64,000 bases of DNA from Patescibacteria group bacterium. Lineage in GTDB: Bacteria; Patescibacteriota; Patescibacteriia; UBA9934. This document shows, piece after piece, positions 56,353 to 64,000 of the stretch. Where the stretch lies: the NCBI GenBank assembly GCA_041660165.1, contig JBAZWW010000002.1, positions 132,074 to 196,073 on the forward strand, given 5' to 3'. The notes under the pieces are model-generated. The model searched no databases, had not been told where the DNA came from, and saw nothing but the letters and a program-made list of their open reading frames with translations. The position numbers and the translations under genes are program-made. Numbering within the stretch: position 1 is the first letter of the stretch; each line of letters opens with the position of its first letter.

Positions 56353-57993
56353 TTAGAATGTTGGGTCGGGCATCATGCCTGTCGCCGGCGATTTTAGTTC
56401 GCGCCAGATAGCCACCATGGCGTAAGTGTCACGCCCGCAGTATTTTCTCAAATTTTGGGAGATTTTCATTTTTTCTTCTTGAGAGATAGAGCCGTAAATC
56501 ATTTCATACCAAGCTTCGATAGCTTCTACGCCATTTTGAATTTCTAGTTCCTTGTAGGTCAGAGAGGGTACCATTACGGGCAGAACATTCTTGATCGATG
56601 TTTTTCCTCTAAATTCGGGATGGACGTAAAACTGTTTTTGAAAGATGTCTTTCAGATCGTAAATCCTATCGTTGATGTTTTCGAGGTAGTCAGCATAGTC
56701 GGGATTTCTCTCGGCTAATTGAGAGTTGATCATTCGTTCAAAAGGTTTATGCCAGACGATGATCGTTCCTTCTGGTCCGATGGTGTCGTGCAGCTTCTTG
56801 ATAATCGTTAATGAGGGGTCAGAGGCCTCTTCGTGTAGGTACTCAAAATGTTCTAAATCAGCTCCAGGTGTAGGGATCATGTCGAGAGAGAATTGAAATG
56901 GAACCTGTTGATATGGTTTAAAGCCTTTAAAGAGAGGGATAGCCGGAGGGTAACTTTCGTAGTCGAGAAAAAATAAGGGGAATGACAACGAAGCAAGCTC
57001 TACTCTGATGGCGATGGGGTCGATGATTGATTTCTTCATCTTGTGGACGGTGACCTGATTCTTTTGGATATCAGAGAGTTTAAAATCCTCAGGGACGTCA
57101 TTCAGATCAAAGATGCCCGATTCGACTAGAGATTCTAACTTCTTTTTGCTTAGGCCGATGCGCGATAAATCATGAACGGAGTAAGGGGGAACTTGTGGAT
57201 GAGAATAATTAAACGTACTGCAATGCGAGCTACGACCTGCAAAGAGACATTCGCATGTTAACGCCTTTTCATCTGTCTGGGTGAGCGCGAGCTTCGCTTT
57301 TTGCATGTTATCTCGTGTTGCGACGAGCCTCGTATGGACCTTATCCGTGACATCATCACACACGAACAGTTCGGCGGCATTTATAGTGTCCCCGCGTGCA
57401 TATTCTTTATTGAGATGGATGATGAAGATGCGACCTAGTTTTATGCCAGCGTCTTCTACGACAACAGCTTGAAAGGCGGCGTCCTCTACATGATCTCTGC
57501 CATCCTCCTTTTCATTCATGGAGTTTGTGCCCTTCACCTCGTGGAGATCCCAACAGTCATTTATGGCGTCGTAAGCTAAAACATCATTGCGTACCAAGAA
57601 TCCGTCATAGATAAAGGTTGCCTGGAAAATAACGGGAGTCTTTTTATCCACGAGCACCTTTGTTACCTGCGCCGCATATTCTCCTGCGCTCTCGATTAGC
57701 GTGCCATCAGGAAAAAGTTTCCGTGCCCATTCTTCGACAAGGTTGCCTTTTGCTAGGAGGCTTAGCTCGAACTCAGACAAAGTAAACATTGATTGAAGCT
57801 CTGGCTTATAGAGCTTGAGCCAAGTATTTTTACCACAGGCCAGGAACTCGAGATAGAGGGTCTTAGTAATGTAGTTCATATACCCAGCCATATTTAAAGC
57901 CATCGGTTTGGCGTTTTCCAGAAGATACGCGTCCAACAATATTTTTATCTGGCTTGGAATAAAGCAAGCCGACTTGTCGGGTTTTGAGTCCAA
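56353..57993 (-). CDS. Putative PD-(D/E)xK-family nuclease domain protein with a C-terminal Cys cluster
   Basis: N-terminal FQATFIYDGFLVRNDVLAYD...DLHEVKG (D-x(n)-ExK) and a later C-x-C...C cluster. The start is probably at an internal Met, because the track ORF overlaps the SNF2 gene end by 131 nt. Confidence 0.45.
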   Translation of the reverse strand: MDSKPDKSACFIPSQIKILLDAYLLENAKPMALNMAGYMNYITKTLYLEFLACGKNTWLKLYKPELQSMFTLSEFELSLLAKGNLVEEWARKLFPDGTLIESAGEYAAQVTKVLVDKKTPVIFQATFIYDGFLVRNDVLAYDAINDCWDLHEVKGTNSMNEKEDGRDHVEDAAFQAVVVEDAGIKLGRIFIIHLNKEYARGDTINAAELFVCDDVTDKVHTRLVATRDNMQKAKLALTQTDEKALTCECLFAGRSSHCSTFNYSHPQVPPYSVHDLSRIGLSKKKLESLVESGIFDLNDVPEDFKLSDIQKNQVTVHKMKKSIIDPIAIRVELASLSFPLFFLDYESYPPAIPLFKGFKPYQQVPFQFSLDMIPTPGADLEHFEYLHEEASDPSLTIIKKLHDTIGPEGTIIVWHKPFERMINSQLAERNPDYADYLENINDRIYDLKDIFQKQFYVHPEFRGKTSIKNVLPVMVPSLTYKELEIQNGVEAIEAWYEMIYGSISQEEKMKISQNLRKYCGRDTYAMVAIWRELKSPATGMMPDPTF

Positions 57994-60900
57994 GTCTAGT
58001 CTTGACTTGGATGCACGCGGCTACACATTGCCCATTGGGAGACAGCTGCGCAGACTCAACTTCGCAGTTTCCACCTCCGATCGCTAAGGTTGCCTTTTCG
58101 GCTATTTCCTTCCAGGATTCTTGCTCCTCACTCGTTCTCTGTATCCCTCCTAGTAGGCGGACAAGCGATTCAAGACGAAACGGTGCCTCCGCTGTCATAT
58201 ATTCGGAACGGATATCCAATCCCGTCAGGTAACAGCTTCTTAAGTCGTTAGGGTGTGATGGCTTTCCACTCCAAGCGCATAGCCTAGCTTCGATGGGAGT
58301 ACAGAACTTTCCATCTACCGATCTTATGGCTTCCGTTTCTAGTAAACGAACTGACGACAGGCTACTGGAGACAAATAGTTTCTTTAATGCCAATTTGCCT
58401 GAAACCGCAGATTTTTCGAGTTCCGCAGGCATTACTTTTTTGCCTGTCACCCCGCATATCTCCAGAATACCGGGCATTACTATCTTGCCGGTCATTTCGC
58501 ATATTTCAGCTTCTCCGGGAAGGAGTTTTTGATTTGTTTCTGCGCAAGAAATAAACTCCTGTATATGTCCTTTCTTACCGCTTATTACCGAGCGAGCTTG
58601 CTCATCATGTCGGTATGGTTTTCCGGATACTTCACTTGTAGCTGATTCGTTAACAAGCATGTCTGACGAACTAAATACACATTTGATAAATTGATTTGGC
58701 TCGGCTCGTTTGCCACTCACCGCAGATGTCAAAAGCATCTCGGTAACTACATTCTTTCCTGTGGTATCGGACTTCGTCATCTCGCTCAAGAGGGCGCGTT
58801 TATTTGTCAGGGAGCAGATCCCTATGTGTTCCGGAAGGGCAAGTTTTCCACTTATTTCGGAATTGCTTAGCAGGTGACGGAGAACTCGCACGTTACTGAC
58901 CTGGCATGTTTCTAGGCATTCGATCGGAACATTGGAGCCAGTCTGAGTACATGAGCCCATCTCAGGTACGACAATAGCGCCACTGGATGGAGTCACTGAG
59001 ATGGAACTTGAGTATTCGAAGGTATTTCCAATCTTGTATCGAATGTTGAAATCAAGAAGTCTTTGCACCGTCCCACTAAGACCGACCAATGTGATCTCAA
59101 CTCTTGGGGTGAGGTCATCCTGAATCTTCTTCTTTCTGTATTCACTCGCTCCTGCCGCAGGGAGTTCTTGAGTTAGTCGTTCACGATAAAAGCGGCCAAA
59201 TTCTGTAACACCCGGGTCAAGTAGTGCTTTCGATACTACGTAATCTGGGACAAGTCCGATGGCGGAGGGGTTTTGGAATACATCACTAATCGGCTCGAGA
59301 CCAGGCCGCCCGATGCTCTTTTTATGTTCCTGGGGAGTGCACTCGACTTCTACGAGTCGCTCGTAGCTGTCATGGGCGACTGTGGTACGTATGAGTAACA
59401 AAACCGTACCTTCGTAGTTCCGCCAAACATCTGTGAGACTCAAATTGCTAGACGTCGCACCAAATCCTTCCACCCACTTTTTAGCGATTTCTTGTGCCTG
59501 AGGAAGAGGGTCTTTATCGATATCTCGAATTTGGTGTTTGCCGTATTTAGCGATCTTATCTGCAAGTTTTTGAAAGGCGGGAGTGCCCTGGGAATAGGTC
59601 GTGGCGGTAATTCCAGTACTGTCGTTGAAGTTGATTAATTTATTTTCACCGTCAAGCGACAGCTCAAATTGTCCAGACGGCTTCTCTACAAGGTCAGCAC
59701 CAAGGCTATTCAAGCCTGACATCACAAAACTACGTTCGTCGATAGAGTACGAAATTGGTGGCAGCTTTGGGCTTAGGGGACCAGAGTCGTCAGAACCATT
59801 GCTGCCAAGAGTCGCATTGATTGTTTCTTCATCGCGTTCTAGTTGGAGTTTGGCTTCAGCTATGTTTTTCTCAGCCAGACGAGTCGCAGCCTCTATGTTC
59901 TTTCCAGCCAGAGACGCGCCAACCAACTTAAGAATTTTGTCCTCTAGGCTTTCACCTTCTTCGCCCATGCCCGCCGCTTCCAATAACGCCTCCACATCGC
60001 CGACTGCATGAGATGCCATCTGCAATTTCTCCAATAGCCTCGCGACAATATATTCTTCAAATGTTCCCTCAAGAACCATGTTAAATATGCAGACGCTGGA
60101 ATGCTGAGATCCAAGGCGTTGTACACGACCAATACGCTGTTCAACAATCATTGGATTCCAGGGGAGATCGTAGTTAACCAGAACATTGGCCGCTTGGAGG
60201 TTGACGCCCTCCGACCCCGCCTCAGTAGAAACGATAACGTGAATTTCTGGAATGTCCTTTTTAAACTTCGCGATTGTCTCTTGGTTCCTTGGCCCCGACG
60301 TCCCGTTGATAAGCCCGCATGTAATCTTTTTATCGGAAAGATGTTCAGCAATGACAGCCTGAGTTTCTTTTCTACAGGTAAAAATAACGACTCTCCATTT
60401 GTCAGGATTCTCAGCCCTTAGCTTCTCGATGAGGGTAGAAAGACCGTGAAGTTTTGCTGTTGTACCGATACGATTCACGACCTCACGAACGTCCACGGCT
60501 AGTGGCTTCTCGATAGTTTGATTTATTGCCATGTTTTCTAGTTGCACGGCTAGGGCTTGGGGGCTGCTGACGAGGGCTTGAGCAATCGAGATTTGACTGA
60601 GACGATTCATTTTTGAGAACTCCTTTTCAATAAGAGAGAAGAGTTCGTCTTCTTCCGCTGTCGGTCTTACCTTGTATAGCTCTACCTTTCGATCTGGAAA
60701 ATCTAAATCGGCGTCTGCGCGCCGAAAGCGAGACATGTAGCTATAAACGATGCTACGGAATTCGTCTCTTTTTTCCGGTTTTAGTTTTCTAGCTTGTATC
60801 TGGTCACCTTCGATAAATTTCCGAGCAAAAGAGCTTTCGCTCCCGAAAGGATTCTCGTGTCCTCGCGCTCCAGTGAGCAAATCAACGAGTGAATAGAGAT

Positions 60901-61585
60901 CCCACAGGCGATTTTGAATTGGAGTGGCCGTGAGCATCAATACGTACCTGAAGAGTCGGTCGGTTAGGGCTTTCTTGAAACGCTTGGCTACTTCTGGCGG
61001 TTTCTCGGTACCGAAAAGATTACGTAATTTATGAGCTTCATCGAGGATGAGCATGTCAAAACCCATCTCGCCTAATTCATCTAAGTATTCCCTGGCTGAA
61101 TGGTAGGTAGTGATGAGAGCGCCTCGGTCTTCTGGAAGTTCGACCTTGAGAATCTTAGAACCCGTTTCTCCTATGCTCGAAATGGCAAATTTAGTCTCGA
61201 GTTCCTCCTTCCACTGAGGGATGAGAAGTTTAGGGCACACAACTAAGACCTTATTAACCCTTCCTCTGGCCATGAGTTCACTGACCACTAGGCCGGCGCT
61301 AATGGTTTTTCCAAGACCCACGTCGTCAGCGAGAAGAGTCACCGGTAACCGACGACAAAAATTCATCAGATTCGAAACCTGATGGCGGTATGGTTTGATC
61401 AGTTCTTTCCAGACTCTTTTGGATCGGAGATCTTCCGGCTTATCTATGATGATCGGGGCTATAAGTCCGTACTCCAGAGCTGCACGATATAGTTTGTACT
61501 CGGCGTCGCTAGTTGCTAGTCGCAATGTTTTAGTTTGGAAGGACGGCTTCGAAGAATCCATACTATAAATGAGACCCTTCATCAA
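57863..61585 (-). CDS. SNF2-family helicase (1240 aa) with a ~600-aa C-terminal extension that includes about 10 tandem degenerate 13-17-aa SGK repeats
   Basis: SNF2 N-terminal motifs LADDVGLGKT and ILDEAHKLRN (DEAH), LMLTATPIQN, and helicase-C STEAGSEGVNLQ...QRIGRVQRLGS. The repeats are of the form SEISGK, TTGK, AVSGK, EVSGK, VISGK, MTGK, VTGK, AVSGK, VDGK, WSGK. Confidence 0.8.
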   Translation of the reverse strand: MMKGLIYSMDSSKPSFQTKTLRLATSDAEYKLYRAALEYGLIAPIIIDKPEDLRSKRVWKELIKPYRHQVSNLMNFCRRLPVTLLADDVGLGKTISAGLVVSELMARGRVNKVLVVCPKLLIPQWKEELETKFAISSIGETGSKILKVELPEDRGALITTYHSAREYLDELGEMGFDMLILDEAHKLRNLFGTEKPPEVAKRFKKALTDRLFRYVLMLTATPIQNRLWDLYSLVDLLTGARGHENPFGSESSFARKFIEGDQIQARKLKPEKRDEFRSIVYSYMSRFRRADADLDFPDRKVELYKVRPTAEEDELFSLIEKEFSKMNRLSQISIAQALVSSPQALAVQLENMAINQTIEKPLAVDVREVVNRIGTTAKLHGLSTLIEKLRAENPDKWRVVIFTCRKETQAVIAEHLSDKKITCGLINGTSGPRNQETIAKFKKDIPEIHVIVSTEAGSEGVNLQAANVLVNYDLPWNPMIVEQRIGRVQRLGSQHSSVCIFNMVLEGTFEEYIVARLLEKLQMASHAVGDVEALLEAAGMGEEGESLEDKILKLVGASLAGKNIEAATRLAEKNIAEAKLQLERDEETINATLGSNGSDDSGPLSPKLPPISYSIDERSFVMSGLNSLGADLVEKPSGQFELSLDGENKLINFNDSTGITATTYSQGTPAFQKLADKIAKYGKHQIRDIDKDPLPQAQEIAKKWVEGFGATSSNLSLTDVWRNYEGTVLLLIRTTVAHDSYERLVEVECTPQEHKKSIGRPGLEPISDVFQNPSAIGLVPDYVVSKALLDPGVTEFGRFYRERLTQELPAAGASEYRKKKIQDDLTPRVEITLVGLSGTVQRLLDFNIRYKIGNTFEYSSSISVTPSSGAIVVPEMGSCTQTGSNVPIECLETCQVSNVRVLRHLLSNSEISGKLALPEHIGICSLTNKRALLSEMTKSDTTGKNVVTEMLLTSAVSGKRAEPNQFIKCVFSSSDMLVNESATSEVSGKPYRHDEQARSVISGKKGHIQEFISCAETNQKLLPGEAEICEMTGKIVMPGILEICGVTGKKVMPAELEKSAVSGKLALKKLFVSSSLSSVRLLETEAIRSVDGKFCTPIEARLCAWSGKPSHPNDLRSCYLTGLDIRSEYMTAEAPFRLESLVRLLGGIQRTSEEQESWKEIAEKATLAIGGGNCEVESAQLSPNGQCVAACIQVKTRLGLKTRQVGLLYSKPDKNIVGRVSSGKRQTDGFKYGWVYELHY

Positions 61586-61770
61586 TTAAAATGCTTGTGC
61601 CAAGCTTAGCCTCATTATAGCTTGTTGTAAAATGAGCCGACACCAAAAGCTCCTTAATGGGCCCTATCTAAATAACAACTTTGACAAAATATAAACGTAA
61701 TATAGGAAATAACTTAGAGCGGTGCTGATGAGTCATTGTTAGCAAAACGGAACAAAGAAGTAATGAACAA

Positions 61771-61796
61771 GCCCCGCCGTTATGGCGGGGTTTTTT
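61771..61796 (+). terminator. Intrinsic terminator (CCCCGCC-gttat-GGCGGGG-TTTTTT) on the plus strand with no plus-strand gene upstream
   Basis: Read from the sequence; lies 25 nt before the bcp start. Confidence 0.55.
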
Positions 61797-61820
61797 GGGC
61801 TGGTGTAGGATTGAATAAGT

Positions 61821-62291
61821 ATGAGCACATTAAACGTTGGCGACAAAGCACCGGAGTTCTCGCTCCCCGATCAAAACGGCACGGTTCACAGCCTCGCCCA
61901 AAATAAGGGGAAGTGGGTTTTGTTGTATTTCTATCCCAAGGACATGACGCCGGGCTGTACGGTTGAGGCTTGTGAGCTTAGAGATGCCTGGCAGGATTTT
62001 GCGAAAGTTAATGCGGTAGTTTTCGGCGTCAGTGCAGACTCGGTGAAGAGCCACAAGAAGTTTGAAGAGAAGCACTCTCTGCCGTTTCCAATTCTTTCGG
62101 ATGAGGACAAGACAGTCATCAATGCCTACGGCGCCTGGGGCAAGAAGAAATTCATGGGACGGGAGTATGAGGGGATTTACCGCTGGTCGTTTTTGATAAA
62201 TCCCACAGGGATGATTGAGAAGATTTACAAAGACGTGAAGCCAAAAGAACATGCGCGGGAGGTGCTTAAAGATTTACACGCCGGCGTATGA
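61821..62291 (+). CDS. bcp: Thiol peroxidase Bcp/PrxQ (peroxiredoxin)
   Basis: FYPKDMTPGCT peroxidatic-Cys motif; 156 aa. Confidence 0.85.
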   Translation: MSTLNVGDKAPEFSLPDQNGTVHSLAQNKGKWVLLYFYPKDMTPGCTVEACELRDAWQDFAKVNAVVFGVSADSVKSHKKFEEKHSLPFPILSDEDKTVINAYGAWGKKKFMGREYEGIYRWSFLINPTGMIEKIYKDVKPKEHAREVLKDLHAGV

Positions 62292-62821
62292 ACTTGCTTG
62301 ATACTCAATACGGCAGAGGCCCGCGCCGGGAAACTGAGCCTGAGGCACGGCGGTCACGATTCCCTCGCTGGCAGTCAGCTGAACGGCTTAATGAAATTTG
62401 GCAAGAGGCGCCAGATTCACTGGGTGCATTTGATAAGGTGGTGGATCGGCCGATTGTTTCTTCGGCTCTTGAACAGGCGAAAGGCCTGAGCAGGGAGGAG
62501 CTGGCTCTGCGATTAGCTGATGGCCTGCGCTCGGCCTTTTTGGCGCTTGGCGAAGATGCTCCAGAGACATTGAATGATCTTGATGATCGCGCAAAGCTCG
62601 CCGAACGTTCCGGCGTGCTTACCGGTACCGCACGCGATTATTTGGCCCAGCGGTTAATGGCCATTTCCGGACCGCTTCAGTTTTTGGACAGAGGAATGAA
62701 AATATCGCCTTCACAAGAAGCCTTTCTCCGGAAGGAGGCTGATCGTCTGGCAGTTTTTCTGACGGCGCTTGAACGGGAGGAGCACGTCGAGCCAGCTCAA
62801 GAATCACTCGCGGCAAAATAG
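62288..62821 (+). CDS. Hypothetical protein (177 aa, Arg/Glu-rich, locally GC-rich)
   Basis: ATGA overlap with the bcp stop. Confidence 0.45.
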   Translation: MNLLDTQYGRGPRRETEPEARRSRFPRWQSAERLNEIWQEAPDSLGAFDKVVDRPIVSSALEQAKGLSREELALRLADGLRSAFLALGEDAPETLNDLDDRAKLAERSGVLTGTARDYLAQRLMAISGPLQFLDRGMKISPSQEAFLRKEADRLAVFLTALEREEHVEPAQESLAAK

Positions 62822-62832
62822 TAGAGTCCAAA

Positions 62833-62863
62833 AACCGCCTGGCCCGTGCGCGGGCTGGCGGTT
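62833..62863. terminator. Nested perfect hairpin AACCGCC-TG-GCCCG-TGCG-CGGGC-T-GGCGGTT between convergent genes
   Basis: Read from the sequence. Confidence 0.5.
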
Positions 62864-63254
62864 ATGCGTCACTGGACGCAGCGAGGGTGTAGACGATGTG
62901 TGTCACGTTGAAGTACTTGATGATGTTATTGCCGTAGGCGACACCAAGGCCGTACTTGAATGCCGGCAGACGCCGATTGGCGGAATTGCGCACAGACTCG
63001 AACATGGCCTTGAGCCCCCGTGTGCCAAGCATGAGCGGACCTACGCGGTCTTCCATGAGTCCGTGGATTTCAAGCAGGACTTGCGTGGGATCTGCCAGCG
63101 TGTCGGCGTGGACGTACTCGACTAGTGGAACGAACTCCCTGGTTCCCACGCGTTCAAGCACCGGAAACCCCAGGTAATTCACCCCGCCTTTGTACCTATC
63201 CGGGTCAGTAAACGTGATTCTGAGCCTTTCTCCAGGCTCAAGGTTATTGAACAT
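62862..63254 (-). CDS. Hypothetical protein (~130 aa)
   Basis: Start at MFNNLEP with GGGGAGG 5 nt upstream; the ORF track starts 36 nt earlier. Confidence 0.5.
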   Translation of the reverse strand: MFNNLEPGERLRITFTDPDRYKGGVNYLGFPVLERVGTREFVPLVEYVHADTLADPTQVLLEIHGLMEDRVGPLMLGTRGLKAMFESVRNSANRRLPAFKYGLGVAYGNNIIKYFNVTHIVYTLAASSDA

Positions 63255-63482
63255 TTGAGCCTCCCCGGAAAGAGAGTAGCACAAAACCAAATCCCCCCGT
63301 AGCTCGCAGAGCTAAGGGGGATTGGTGGTCCCGGGCCTAGGGTATTTCACCAAATGGACCCAACGGGATTCGAACAACTACTGTCCAAAGTCTCATAATT
63401 TACAGTAAACTTAGGGTAAGAATCATCAAAATACCCTATGAGAGGAGGAGCTCTAGGTGTCCGTGCGAGCGAGGTTATCAAT

Positions 63483-64000
63483 ATGGTTCCCGACGAGCTT
63501 CTCGACAGGTTGGCAGATGAGACTGGCGTCGATTACTCGGTACAGAAACTTCATGGTAAAACACTTTTTAAACTTTTTCTTTTTGGATTACTGCAGGAGG
63601 GCGATGTGTCATTGCGTGTCCTCGAAACAATCTTTTCATCACGACGATTCCAGACACTCTTTCCAACAAAGGTTTCAGGCGTAAAACATTCGAGCATCGG
63701 CATGCGATTAGAGAATATCAAGTACGCATATTTTGAGCGCATCTTCGAATCATTACTCACGCACCCCGAGCTACAACAAATATGTTTTGGAGACAAAAAG
63801 ATCCAAACGCACAAGATAGATTCTACCTTCGTCGGCATCGCGGAAAAGCTGCTAACAATTGGCGTAAGAAACGGTCGCAGCGCAGATAGGAAGCATCTAA
63901 AATATAGTGTAGCGATCTCTGGAAGTATTCCCGTTAACATCGTGCTCTATACTGAGCGTTCGGCAGTGAGCGAGGATATCGCTCTGCCACCGCTAGTAAA
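63483..64000 (+). mobile_element. IS4/IS5-superfamily DDE transposase gene, N-terminal part (runs off the window end)
   Basis: My own translation MVPDELLDRLADETGVDYSVQKLHGKTLFKLFLFGLLQEGDVSLRVLETIF...KIDSTFVGI. The HGKTLFKL...SLR.LE helix-turn-helix region and the hkIDSTfv first-D region are typical of IS4-family transposases. Confidence 0.6.

Noticed and set aside
61700-61760. CUGAUGA motif (hammerhead ribozyme core-like) in GCGGTGCTGATGAGTCATTG...GAAG
   Set aside because: I could not find a stem II hairpin after CUGAUGA, nor a properly placed GAAA and cleavage-site strand, so this is probably a chance heptamer.
63356-63440. tRNA-like T-arm fragment (TGGACCCAACGGGATTCGAACAAC) upstream of the transposase
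   Set aside because: It could not be folded into a cloverleaf on either strand. Only the GGATTCGAAC T-loop-like word is present. It may be a decayed tRNA remnant, but it cannot be supported as a gene.
1-64000. CRISPR arrays
   Set aside because: No run of regularly spaced direct repeats was seen anywhere in the window.

Overview
This window reads as a 64 kb stretch of bacterial chromosome at roughly 50-55% GC, with coding density near 90% and use of the standard genetic code. It has several accessory segments. The gene content suggests a reduced, possibly Patescibacteria/CPR-like organism, but that is my inference and not something shown directly. The main blocks are:

- **1-1415:** a phosphoribosyltransferase-like gene and a LOG-family gene on the minus strand, preceded by a candidate leader-peptide/attenuator.
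- **2031-12736:** a plus-strand cluster resembling a Gram-positive-type minimal T4SS, followed by comFC. The VirB4 ATPase is split into two adjacent ORFs.
- **12799-16731:** a Fur-family regulator plus a ZnuABC/TroABC-type metal ABC transporter operon, with a YibE/F membrane gene inserted.
- **16771-20606:** a small island containing a class II Fic protein and a primase-polymerase-SF2 helicase fusion. It is bounded by a tRNA 3'-end-like fragment on one side and two tRNA-Ser genes on the other.
- **21631-21707:** tRNA-Arg, followed by a high-GC orphan ORF, a DinD-like gene, a methyltransferase and recG.
- **25852-45390:** a long minus-strand block of envelope and proteostasis genes. Its centrepiece is five tandem paralogous secreted surface proteins that are translationally coupled to a membrane-anchored half-Clp AAA+ ATPase.
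- **45482-51615:** housekeeping genes (phosphohexomutase, rseP, pheS, pheT).
- **51954-61585:** a defence island with a HEPN-like pair, an MmeI/PglX-like fused nuclease-methyltransferase, a PD-(D/E)xK nuclease-like gene, and an SNF2 helicase whose C-terminal domain is built from novel tandem SGK repeats.
- **61821-64000:** bcp, two hypotheticals, and an IS4-like transposase truncated by the window end.

A palindromic RPE/MITE-like repeat family occurs at least three times. One copy is inserted in frame inside radA.
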